A stretch of 64,000 nucleotides of DNA, taken from positions 96,001 through 160,000 of the forward strand of contig CAXULY010000004.1 in the NCBI GenBank assembly GCA_964252075.1. Reading direction: 5' to 3'. The position numbers were made by a program, and so were the translations under genes. The notes beneath the pieces were generated by a model. It saw nothing but the letters and a program-made list of their open reading frames with translations. It did no database searches and was not told the origin of the DNA. This DNA comes from an uncultured Deinococcaceae bacterium. GTDB taxonomy: Bacteria; Deinococcota; Deinococci; Deinococcales; Deinococcaceae. This document shows, piece by piece, positions 47,678 to 60,493 of the stretch; within the stretch, counting starts at the first letter, position 1; each line of letters opens with the position of its first letter.

Positions 47678-49678
47678 AAAAAAACTGAGCTGCTCCCGAC
47701 GTGCGAACTCTATAAATGCTTCGGCAATCCCGTCTCCGGTAAGGTTGTCGTGATTGAAGAGGTCGTGCTGAACAATCCAGTGACCGTGGCTGTCGCGCAG
47801 GCGCAGGCCGCGCTCGTCGGTCACGTAAATCTTGTCGCCGCTGTTGTCCTTGCTGGCCTTCTGCTGTGTGGCGAAAAAGATGGGGTAGTCGTCCACCCTG
47901 GGGCATAAAGCGCCCGCCTCAGGATCATCGTTCCACTTCTGCACGAAGAGCACGCTGGTCTTGGTGCCTGTGTGAGGCTTGAAGGTGTTGGGGTGCAATC
48001 CCACCACGGCCAGAATCCGGCAGCGCTCCATGATGTACTCGCGCACCCGCTTGTCGCTGCTGTTGTTGAAACGGCCTTGCGGCAAGACCACCGCCATACG
48101 CCCGCCCGGCTTCAAAAAGTCCAAGTTGCGCTCAATGAAGAGCAAATCACGGCCTACGGCACTTTCGATCTTGCCATTTGGCTTGTGCCCCAGGTCGTAG
48201 TGGCTCAGCATACTGCTCTGCTTGATGTCGCCTGCGAACGGTGGGTTCGCTAGCAACAAGTCGAACTTGAACTGACGATTGCTGGCCTTTTCGGCGCGTA
48301 GGCGCTTAAACCTCCGCCAGCCGTCGCCGTAAGCGTTGTCCCACTCCTCGTCTTCCTTCACACGCTGGTCCCAACGGGTGTAATCGAGCGTATTCAAGTG
48401 CAATACGTTCGTCTGACCGTCTCCAGCGATCAAGTTTAGGCAACGGGCAACACGAACGCTCTTTTCGTCAAAATCAATCGCGTAGACTTTCTCTTTGACA
48501 TATTCATGACAACGGGCAGGTTTGTCCTCAACAGTAAATAGGTGAGAGGTGGGAATGTTTTCGTCTTTTAGAATCTGTTCCCAGACGTAAAAAATACTAT
48601 GTACGGTAAATCCAGCGCTGCCTGCGGCTGTGTCAATAATATTTTCATCCTCCTTGGGACTCATCATCTTGACAGCCATATCAATAACCCAGCGTGGTGT
48701 AAAGTATTGACCCTTTTCACCTTTACTGCTCTTGTTGACCAAGTACTCAAATGCCTCGTCTACCACGTCCAGATTACTATTAAACAGTTTCCACTCCTCC
48801 AAGCTACCCACGCACACCTGTAGGTGCTCGGCGCTCAGACGTAAGCGGTCACTTTCAGGAAACACGCCGGGCCACTTCGCGCGAGCCTCGTCGAAAAGTG
48901 TCTGAATCTGTTCCTTGACCTCGCTGGCCGTACCAGTATTCCTAAAGCGCAGCGTCTTGTTTTTGCTGCGCGTGCTATTCATTTCGTCATACAGCTTAGT
49001 AAATATGAGCTTGAACACTTCCTCGAATACGTCCACGCCCGCGTTGGCGAGCACTTCGTTTTCCATGTCCTCGATCAGGTCGCGCAGGCTGCGTGCCTGA
49101 GCTCCCGCCTTGTCACGCTCATTCTCTTTCTCAATTAGTGTTTCTATTGTCCAAGGTTGGTTAACAATGTCTTGAATGCTCTGGCTATTGTTGGGCAAAT
49201 CAGGAATTTCAACAAAGGTGTTGTAGTTCTGCCGATACCAACTAATGCCCTCGGCAGCATTGCCCCACAAAGCCAAGGGGGCACCTGTCGCAAGGGTGTA
49301 AGACTTGAGTTGGTCCTTGCCCTCTTTGCGCTTACCCTGCTTGACCTCAACCAGAATGTATGGAGCAGTCGAGTCGTCTTTGTCGAACACTACAATATCA
49401 GCGCGTTTGCTTGTATCACGTCCGAAAGTGACCGGGTACTCGACCCCAATACGGCTCTTAGGGTAGCTGTAGTGGTGCAGTAGGCGATGAAGCCAGAGTT
49501 GGCGGATGATCTCTTCGTGCTTGGCCTGAATGTCTTTCCCGCGAACTTGGCACTTGATGTATGTCCTGCCGTTCTTCTCAAGCAGCATGGCGCCCACGGC
49601 ATTGACTGTCGCCATACCAAAAGTGGCTTGGGCGGCGCTCACGGCGTCCATGCCGATAATGTCGTGAATGGATTGCAT
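47675..49678 (-). CDS. Fused restriction endonuclease-N6 adenine methyltransferase (type IIB/IIG-like)
   Basis: RADIVV...EVK...QLKSY nuclease motifs; GQYFTPR, DTAAGSAGF, NPPF; no helicase HsdR nearby. Confidence 0.9.
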   Translation of the reverse strand: MQSIHDIIGMDAVSAAQATFGMATVNAVGAMLLEKNGRTYIKCQVRGKDIQAKHEEIIRQLWLHRLLHHYSYPKSRIGVEYPVTFGRDTSKRADIVVFDKDDSTAPYILVEVKQGKRKEGKDQLKSYTLATGAPLALWGNAAEGISWYRQNYNTFVEIPDLPNNSQSIQDIVNQPWTIETLIEKENERDKAGAQARSLRDLIEDMENEVLANAGVDVFEEVFKLIFTKLYDEMNSTRSKNKTLRFRNTGTASEVKEQIQTLFDEARAKWPGVFPESDRLRLSAEHLQVCVGSLEEWKLFNSNLDVVDEAFEYLVNKSSKGEKGQYFTPRWVIDMAVKMMSPKEDENIIDTAAGSAGFTVHSIFYVWEQILKDENIPTSHLFTVEDKPARCHEYVKEKVYAIDFDEKSVRVARCLNLIAGDGQTNVLHLNTLDYTRWDQRVKEDEEWDNAYGDGWRRFKRLRAEKASNRQFKFDLLLANPPFAGDIKQSSMLSHYDLGHKPNGKIESAVGRDLLFIERNLDFLKPGGRMAVVLPQGRFNNSSDKRVREYIMERCRILAVVGLHPNTFKPHTGTKTSVLFVQKWNDDPEAGALCPRVDDYPIFFATQQKASKDNSGDKIYVTDERGLRLRDSHGHWIVQHDLFNHDNLTGDGIAEAFIEFARREQLSFF

Positions 49679-49916
49679 CGCCCCCGAGTATAGAGCGGGG
49701 TCTTCAAACGGCTGAACTCACTCCATCGGAATCGTCCTTCTCTCCCGCCCCTTGAAGGTCACCGTGTCTCCCTGTAACCGGCCTCGTACAGCAGCTTCGC
49801 AGCGCGCTCGAAATCCTGCGGGCGGTGAGGAGCAGGCGGGCAGGCCTGGAAGGGTCCGGGGCTGGAGCTGTTCCCTCCGCTGTTTGCACTTGACGCGAGA
49901 GGGAAGGACGACTAAG

Positions 49917-49932
49917 ATTTGAACATGTTCAG
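49917..49932 (+). promoter_or_regulatory. TetR operator copy 1, downstream of TTGACG-17-TAAGAT promoter
   Basis: Palindrome TGAACATGTTCA within ATTTGAACATGTTCAG. Confidence 0.75.
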
Positions 49933-50108
49933 AAATGTGCCGGGGGCAGTGATGGACGACCAACGGCGGGCCGGGTGGCCTGCGGTTCTCGTCGGCGGCC
50001 CTGGCACAGGAGGTCAGACTGGTTCAAGTCATCCTGCCACTCAAGCGTCTTCTGGCTCTGGCCGGGTGGTTCGCGCGTCCTTTCCCTCATTCCGCTGTGC
50101 TGGCTATA

Positions 50109-50124
50109 ATTTGAACATGTTCAG
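50109..50124 (+). promoter_or_regulatory. TetR operator copy 2, overlapping TATAAT and the tetR start
   Basis: Identical 16-mer ATTTGAACATGTTCAG. Confidence 0.8.
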
Positions 50125-50824
50125 TCAACTGGCAGGCCCGGAAGAGACCAAGGCCGAGCGCACCCGCCGCAAGGTCTACGACACCGCCATGCGGCTGTTC
50201 CGCGAGCGCGGCTTCGACGAGACCACCATGCGCGACATCAGCCGCGAGGCGGGGCTGGCGCTGGGCACCGCCTACTACCACTTCCCCAGCAAGGAAGCCA
50301 TCATCGCCTCCTACTACGAGGCCACCCAGTACCGCCACCACGCGCACGTGGTCGAGCACCTCCCCGGCCTGAAGACCCTGCCCGAGCGCCTGCGGCTGGT
50401 CTTCCGCAGCAAGATCGAGCAGCTGAGGCCCGACCGCGCCCTGCTCGGCACCATCTTCCGCTACACCGGGGACCCCAGGCACCCCCTGAGCCTGCTGGGT
50501 GAGGGCACCCGCGACCTGCAACGCCAGACCGTCCAGACCATCGCGCTCGCCCTGCAGGGCGAACACTTCCCGCAGGAGGTGGGGCGCCTGCTGCCGCTCG
50601 CGCTGTTCAGCCTGCAGATGGGCCTGCTGCTGTACCTGCTCTACGACACCAGTGACGAGCAGACGCGCACCTTCACCCTGACCGACCAGAGCCTCGCGCT
50701 CACCGTGCAGCTGCTGGGCGTGACGCGCCAGCCGCTGCTGCAGCCGGTCGTCACCCCCCTCCTGCGCCAGGTGCGCCTCATGCTGAGCGCCGCGCAGATT
50801 GACCTGTCCCCCACCAAGGAGTAA
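50117..50824 (+). CDS. TetR family regulator
   Basis: LFRERGFDETTMRDI...AYYHFPSKE. Confidence 0.93.
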   Translation: MFSQLAGPEETKAERTRRKVYDTAMRLFRERGFDETTMRDISREAGLALGTAYYHFPSKEAIIASYYEATQYRHHAHVVEHLPGLKTLPERLRLVFRSKIEQLRPDRALLGTIFRYTGDPRHPLSLLGEGTRDLQRQTVQTIALALQGEHFPQEVGRLLPLALFSLQMGLLLYLLYDTSDEQTRTFTLTDQSLALTVQLLGVTRQPLLQPVVTPLLRQVRLMLSAAQIDLSPTKE

Positions 50825-50827
50825 GTC

Positions 50828-51229
50828 ATGCTTGAAGTCACCACCTCGCTGCTGTACCTGGCCCTCAGCCTCGCCGTCACCATCTGGGTGGGCACCACCC
50901 TGTTCCGGCATGGCCGGGTCTTTCTGGTGGACGCCTTCCTGGGCAACGCGGCCATGGCGGACAGCGTGAACCACCTGCTTCGGATCGGCTTCTACCTCCT
51001 GAACGTCGGCTTCATCGGGCTCTTCCTGAACACTGGCGGCGCGCCGCACAGCGTGGCGCAGGTGGTCCGGCAGCTCAGCTGGCAGCTGGGCGTGGTGATG
51101 CTGGTACTGGGGGTGGTCCACCTGTTCAACATGAAGGTCATCTCGGGGATGCGCAACCGCGCCCTGCAGCGCCAGCAGCCCACCCCGACCCCGACCTTCG
51201 CGCCCCCGCCCGTGACCCAGCCCAGCTGA
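50828..51229 (+). CDS. Small 3-TM membrane protein, co-transcribed with tetR
   Basis: NHLL.IGFYL.N.G, LGVVHLFN. Confidence 0.8.
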   Translation: MLEVTTSLLYLALSLAVTIWVGTTLFRHGRVFLVDAFLGNAAMADSVNHLLRIGFYLLNVGFIGLFLNTGGAPHSVAQVVRQLSWQLGVVMLVLGVVHLFNMKVISGMRNRALQRQQPTPTPTFAPPPVTQPS

Positions 51230-51273
51230 ATGCTTTGGCACCTGGACGGCCCGTGCGATCAGGCGCGGGCCGC

Positions 51274-52092
51274 CTACGCCAGTGGCAACACCCGTCTCTC
51301 CCGCCCGTTAAAGCTCACCGTCTCCCGGTACCCGGCTTCGTACAGGAGTTTCGCGGCGCGCTCGAAGTCGGCCCCCACATCCTGCGGGCGGTGCGCGTCG
51401 CTGCCCAGGCAGACGGGGATGCCGCGCTGCGCGGTCAGGGCGAGGATGGCGGGGCTGGGGAAGCACTCGTTCACAGGTTTGCGCCAGCCGCTGGTGTTCA
51501 GCTCGATGGCGACGCCACTGTCCCGGATGGCGTCGAGGGTCTCGTCGAGTTCCGGGGTGTGCCACTTGGTGGGCATGTGCCCCTTGGTCTTGAGGCAGTC
51601 CATGTGCGCGAGCACGTCGAAGAACGGGTCCGTGACGGCCTCCCGCGTGAGGGCGAGGTAGCGGCTCCAGGCGTCGCCGCGCGTCCAGCCGTCGGGGCGT
51701 TTGGGCTTGAAAATGCTCCAACCGTCCAGCCAGTGCACGCTCCCGATTACGTAATCGAGGGGCGCGCTGGCGATCAGGGCGCGGTAGTCCGCCTCGCTGC
51801 CCGGCACAAAATCCGCCTCGACACCCGCGAGGACGGGAATGCGGTCCGCGTACTCGGCCTTGAGGTCCAGCATCTCGCGCGTGTACTCCGGGTAGGCGCT
51901 GTGGGGCATGGCGGTCTGCGGGAGGGGGTGGTCGCCGGGCAGGAACAGCAGGGGGCCGTGGTCGCTGAAGCCCACGGCACTCAGGGTGCGCGTCCGGGCG
52001 GCCTCCACCACGTCGCGGAGGTGGCCGGTGGCGTGCCCGCAGCGCCAGTGGTGGGTGTGGTGGTCGGGGAGCAGGGTCACGGCCTCGATCAT
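51274..52092 (-). CDS. Histidinol-phosphatase, HisJ/PHP family
   Basis: DHHTH, CGHA, SDH, GSVH, GSDAH. Confidence 0.88.
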   Translation of the reverse strand: MIEAVTLLPDHHTHHWRCGHATGHLRDVVEAARTRTLSAVGFSDHGPLLFLPGDHPLPQTAMPHSAYPEYTREMLDLKAEYADRIPVLAGVEADFVPGSEADYRALIASAPLDYVIGSVHWLDGWSIFKPKRPDGWTRGDAWSRYLALTREAVTDPFFDVLAHMDCLKTKGHMPTKWHTPELDETLDAIRDSGVAIELNTSGWRKPVNECFPSPAILALTAQRGIPVCLGSDAHRPQDVGADFERAAKLLYEAGYRETVSFNGRERRVLPLA

Positions 52093-52145
52093 AGCCCTGG
52101 GTCCCGCGGACAATTCGTTTTCGGCTGAAAGGATAGGTTTGGCGT

Positions 52146-53939
52146 GTGACCCTGAAGCCCACCCGCCTCCCGCCCGAAACGAACGTCACGCGCCGCCTGT
52201 ACGGCCTCATCACGCCCTACCGCCGCACGGTCGCGGCGGGCATGCTGTGCCTGATCGTGTCCGTCGCCGCCGAGCTGTTCCCGCCCCTCACGTGGAAGAA
52301 CGTGGTGGATGTCGGCATTGCGCGGCGCGACTGGACGTACATCGCGTGGCAGCTGGCGCTCCTGGTCGTGGTGTTCGCTGTGGGGCAGCTGTTCAGCGCG
52401 TGGCGGGGGCTGCTGCTGGAGCGCGCCGGGCAGCGCCTCAGCCTGGACCTGCGCCTGCGGCTGTACGCGAAGCTGCAGGGGCAGTCCGCCGCGTACTTCG
52501 CGGGGCACCGCACGGGCGACCTGCTGGCGCGCGTGACGGCAGACGTGGACGGCGTGCAGGACGTGCTGGTGCGCGGCACGGACGCGGTCCTCGCGAACGC
52601 CCTGCGGCTGCTGGGCGTGGCGGCGATCTTCATTGCGCTGCAGCCGGTGCTGGGCCTCATCGTGCTGATCCCGATGGTGCTGGTGGGCGTGCTGCTCACC
52701 CGCTACAACCGCCAGGTGCTGCCCGCGTACCGCGCGGCGCGGCGGCGGCTGGGCCTGCTGGGCGCCGTCATCACGGACAACCTCGCGGGCGTGCGGGTCA
52801 TTCAGGGCTTCGCGCGGGAGCGTCAGGAGCAGGCGAAGGTGGAGGCGATTGGGCGGGAGCTGTACGAGGACGGCGTGCAGGCCGTGAAGCTGCGCAACCG
52901 GGTGTTCCCGGTGATCCGCTTCGTGTCCAACTTCGGGAACGTGCTGATGCTGGGCGTCGGCGCGGTCTTCATTGTGCGCGGGCAGTTCACGCTGGGCGGC
53001 CTGCTGGCGTACCGGGGGTACGGGCGGTACTTCTTCGGGCCGGTGGACGACCTCGTGAGCATCAACGACCTGTTGCAGCGCGCGGAGGCCAGCGGGCGGC
53101 GCATCTTCGAGGTGCTGGACGCGCCCGTGACGATCGCGGACGCGCCGGACGCCCGGCCCCTCCCGCAGCCCGCGCGCGGCGAGCTGCACTTTGAGGGCGT
53201 GACCTTCGGGTACGACCCCGCCCGACCGGTGCTGCGCGGCCTGGACCTGCGGGTGCTGGCGGGCGAGCGGGTGGCCCTGCTGGGCTTCTCCGGCGCGGGC
53301 AAGAGCACCCTGCTGGCCCTCGCGACGCGCCTGTACGACCCGCAGGGCGGGCGCGTCACGCTGGACGGACTGGACCTGCGCGGCCTCACGCTGGATTCCC
53401 TGCGCGGCACGGTGGCGACCATGCAGCAGGACACCTACCTGTTCCACGGCACCGTCTTGGAGAACCTGCGCTTCGCGCGCCCCGACGCGACGCCCGTGGA
53501 GGTCGAGGAGGCGCTGCGGGTGGCGGGCGCCTGGGCGTTCGTGCAGGCCCTCCCGGACGGTTTGAATACGGTGGTGGGCGAGCGCGGCGTGCGGCTCTCC
53601 GGCGGGCAGCGCCAGCGCCTCGCCATCGCGCGCACGCTGCTCGCGCAGCCCACCGTGCTGCTGCTGGATGAACCCACCAGCGCGCTCGACCCTGAGTCCG
53701 AGGCGGGCATCGTGGCGGCCCTGGAGCGCCTGATGCGCGGGCGCACCGCGCTGATCGTGTCGCACCGGCTGTCCCTGGCGCGCGGCGCGGACCGCGTGGT
53801 GGTGCTGGACGGCGGGCGGGTGGTGGAGGACGGTCCCCCCGCCGAGCTGCGCCTCCGGGGCGGGCGCTACGCCGAGATGGAACGCAGCGCGCAGCTGACC
53901 GGCACGCTGCTGGAGGAGGTGAGCGGCCCCGCCGACTGA
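52146..53939 (+). CDS. ABC exporter, fused permease/ATPase
   Basis: TM domain plus GFSGAGKST, LSGGQRQR, DEPTSALD. Confidence 0.93.
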   Translation: MTLKPTRLPPETNVTRRLYGLITPYRRTVAAGMLCLIVSVAAELFPPLTWKNVVDVGIARRDWTYIAWQLALLVVVFAVGQLFSAWRGLLLERAGQRLSLDLRLRLYAKLQGQSAAYFAGHRTGDLLARVTADVDGVQDVLVRGTDAVLANALRLLGVAAIFIALQPVLGLIVLIPMVLVGVLLTRYNRQVLPAYRAARRRLGLLGAVITDNLAGVRVIQGFARERQEQAKVEAIGRELYEDGVQAVKLRNRVFPVIRFVSNFGNVLMLGVGAVFIVRGQFTLGGLLAYRGYGRYFFGPVDDLVSINDLLQRAEASGRRIFEVLDAPVTIADAPDARPLPQPARGELHFEGVTFGYDPARPVLRGLDLRVLAGERVALLGFSGAGKSTLLALATRLYDPQGGRVTLDGLDLRGLTLDSLRGTVATMQQDTYLFHGTVLENLRFARPDATPVEVEEALRVAGAWAFVQALPDGLNTVVGERGVRLSGGQRQRLAIARTLLAQPTVLLLDEPTSALDPESEAGIVAALERLMRGRTALIVSHRLSLARGADRVVVLDGGRVVEDGPPAELRLRGGRYAEMERSAQLTGTLLEEVSGPAD

Positions 53940-54088
53940 TGGAGCGGGCCGTGCACGGCGTACACTGGGAGGTGGCGTCAGGGGCGGGCCTTCACGCATG
54001 CTTCATCAGGACCCCCGGCCCGTCCCGTAGGCTGTGAACTGCAGAGTCACGCCTGCCTGACGGCGGGCGCCAGGAAAGCCCCAAACAC

Positions 54089-55060
54089 ATGGATGAAGAA
54101 CTCACTATAAGGGACCTGTACGAGGTGCTGCGGCGCTACCGCACCCTCCTCATCGCGCTGCCGCTGGCGGTGGCGGTGCTGGTCTTCGCGGTCGCCAGCT
54201 TCCTGCCGCGCACCTACGCTGCGGAGGCGGTGCTGACGGTGGGCATCGCGGCCACCGCCCCCACCGACAGCGGCAACATCTTCGACTTCGACCCCAAGCT
54301 GCTGCCCACCCCCGGCGCGCTGGTGAGCGCCTACCAGTCGAGCGCGCCTGCGCGGCTGGCAGGCAGCTGGCAGACGGACGCGCGCAGCGTCCTGCAGGAC
54401 TTCGAGGCCACCCAGGACGACCAGAGCAGCGCCCTGACCCTCACCGCGAAGGCGCACAGCCCGCAGGCGGCGCTGAGCCGCGCGCAGGCCGCCGCGTCGG
54501 ACTTCAAGAGCTACGTGAACACCGTGGCGGCGAGCGTGCTGAACACCAGCCTGGGCACCGTGCAGCGCCGGGTGCAGGTGCAGCTCAGCACGGACTCCGA
54601 GCTGGTGCGCGAGTTGCAGCGCCTGCGCGCGCAGACGCCCCCCATCCTGCCGGGCGTGGGGCAGTCCACCGTGCGGGACCAGCTGGAGGCGGCGGGCGTG
54701 GACCCCCGGTACGCGGGCGCGAGCGACGAGTCCGCCAACCCGGCCTTCACGCTGCTGACCGTGCAGGTCGCGCAGAATCAGGCGCGCGTCGCGAACGATC
54801 AGGCGACCCTGGCGCGCCTGAAGTCCCTGCTGGCGGACAAGCCCGGGCAGCTCGCGCTGGCGGGGCAGCTGGTGCAGGTGAACCTGCTGGGCGCGCCCAG
54901 CCTGCCCCTCAAGGCGCAGGGCCTGGGGCCCGCCACGCTGGCGGTGCTGGCGTACCTGCTGGCGCTGGTGGCGACCGTGCTGTGGGCGCTGCTGCACCAC
55001 GCGGTGCGCGGCCCCGAGCCGCGTGCGCAGGGGCGCCGCGCGGTCGTGACGGGCGATTGA
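54089..55060 (+). CDS. Wzz-like polysaccharide chain-length determinant
   Basis: EELTIRDLYEVL, TM-PRTY, coiled coil, C-terminal P-rich segment plus TM. Confidence 0.75.
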   Translation: MDEELTIRDLYEVLRRYRTLLIALPLAVAVLVFAVASFLPRTYAAEAVLTVGIAATAPTDSGNIFDFDPKLLPTPGALVSAYQSSAPARLAGSWQTDARSVLQDFEATQDDQSSALTLTAKAHSPQAALSRAQAAASDFKSYVNTVAASVLNTSLGTVQRRVQVQLSTDSELVRELQRLRAQTPPILPGVGQSTVRDQLEAAGVDPRYAGASDESANPAFTLLTVQVAQNQARVANDQATLARLKSLLADKPGQLALAGQLVQVNLLGAPSLPLKAQGLGPATLAVLAYLLALVATVLWALLHHAVRGPEPRAQGRRAVVTGD

Positions 55061-55071
55061 CCGTGCCCAGG

Positions 55072-55108
55072 AGAAGAGGGGCCGGGGAGGAATCCCCGGC
55101 CCCTCTTC
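55072..55108 (+). terminator. Terminator hairpin
   Basis: gaagaggggccgggga / tccccggcccctcttc. Confidence 0.7.
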
Positions 55109-55153
55109 TGGTTGTCGGGGGCGCGCCTTGGGGATGGGGCGTAGACTGTCGGC

Positions 55154-57781
<2,628 letters not shown>

Positions 57782-58141
57782 GCGGCAGGCCGCGCGGACC
57801 AGGACCACAAGCTGAACCGCGCCACGACGAGCGGTCTGGCGGGGCCCTTTGGTCTGTCGCACGCACCTGATTTTGCCGCACCTGAACGCCTTCCGTGCTG
57901 GGTGCGGCCCGGCGCTGCGCGCTTTCAGCTGGGGCTGGATGGTGGGGTCGCCCGGACCGTGGAGCGTCGCCTCCCTTCGGCTGGCCCCCGGACCTGCTTG
58001 AACGTGAGGCACCTGACGCTGGTATGATGCTCCCAGGTCTGGCCGCCCCGAGGGGCATGGCCGACGGGGCTGAGCCCCAATGCACACCCGACGTGGCACC
58101 CGACAGGGGGCCACCCGTCTGCTGTGCCGCGAGGTTGATTC

Positions 58142-59484
<1,343 letters not shown>

Positions 59485-59488
<4 letters not shown>

Positions 59489-60129
59489 CGGTCGTGGCTG
59501 CGGCGGTGCAGCGCGACAAGGACCAGAAGGACCAGGAGAAGAACCCGGCGCGCCGTCGGCGCCGACGCCGGGGCCGCGGTGGCGTGACGAAGACGCCCGC
59601 CGCGCCGGTCGTGCGCGCGGTGGAGCGGCCGTCGCGGCCCGCGCGGCGGCCCGCGAGTGAGCCGCGCATCGGGGTGGGGTGCGTGGTGCTGCGCGGGGAC
59701 ACGGTGCTGCTGGTGCGCGAGCGGGGGCGCTGGAGCCTTCCGAAGGGTGGCCTGGAGCCCGGCGAGCTCATTCAGGACGGCGCGCGGCGCGAGACGTGGG
59801 AGGAGACGGGCCTGGAGGTGGAGGTGCGGGACCTGGCGTTCATCGTGGAGTTCCGCGCGAACAGCTGGGGGCATCACCTGCAGTTCTTCTACGTCGGGCG
59901 CGAGACGGGCGGCACCCTGGGGCCGCGCGACCCGGACCAGGAGGTGCAGGAGGCGCGGTTCGTGCCCATCCGGGAGTTGCGGGAGTACATGCGCTTCCGG
60001 CCGCGCCTGGTGGCGCTGGAGGGGTGGTTGCGGGACCGTTCCGCGCGGCATTACGTGTTCAACCTGGATGCGGAGCCCGCGATGCTGCGGCGGCGCCGGC
60101 GGGTGGAGCCGGGCGAAGCGGAACGGTGA
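59485..60129 (+). CDS. NUDIX hydrolase
   Basis: PKGGLEPGE...ARRETWEETGL; start position uncertain. Confidence 0.88.
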
Positions 60130-60133
60130 GTGG

Positions 60134-60164
60134 AGGGGCTCGGTCACACCAGACCGAGCCCCTC
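60134..60164 (+). terminator. Terminator after dnaB-nudix
   Basis: gaggggctcggtc-acacca-gaccgagcccctc. Confidence 0.65.
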
Positions 60165-60223
60165 ACGCTTTGCGCCGCTGCACACCTTCCTGCTGGGCGC
60201 TTGAGCTTGGCACGCCCAGTACA

Positions 60224-60240
60224 TTCTGTTAAAATCAGAA
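60224..60240. promoter_or_regulatory. RDRM-like (DdrO) operator overlapping a leaderless promoter
   Basis: TTCTGTTAAAATCAGAA over -10 TAAAAT (60230-35); -35 TTGGCA 17 bp upstream. Confidence 0.7.
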
Positions 60241-60241
60241 T

Positions 60242-60442
60242 GTGAAACAGAAATTCCGCACCGACCCCTTCCCGGCCAGCGGGCGCGGCTTCATCCACGT
60301 CTGCCCGGGCTGCGGTGGGCTGCTGGACCTGCGCGACCTGCGCGACGGCGACCAGGCGTACTGGTGCCCCACCTGCGAACGCGGGCACCGCGCGGGCGAC
60401 CCGCCCGCCAGCGCCCTGCGCCCCGACGCGCCCCTCCGCTGA
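60242..60442 (+). CDS. Small zinc-ribbon protein, probably in the radiation/desiccation regulon
   Basis: CPGC...CPTC; GTG at the predicted TSS. Confidence 0.75.
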   Translation: MKQKFRTDPFPASGRGFIHVCPGCGGLLDLRDLRDGDQAYWCPTCERGHRAGDPPASALRPDAPLR

Positions 60443-60493
60443 CCCACCCCCACCCCCGATTTTGCGCCCCCGTTCTTACGCTATCCTGGGCGC

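Larger units (their letters stand above)
45334..49691. mobile_element. AT-rich horizontally acquired defence island
   Basis: Abrupt GC drop; three co-oriented defence-type genes; flanked by direct repeat AGAGCGGGGT; no integrase or transposase seen. Confidence 0.7.

Noticed and set aside
45388..49678. Classical type I RM (hsdRMS)
   Set aside because: No helicase HsdR; the nuclease motif is fused to the methyltransferase
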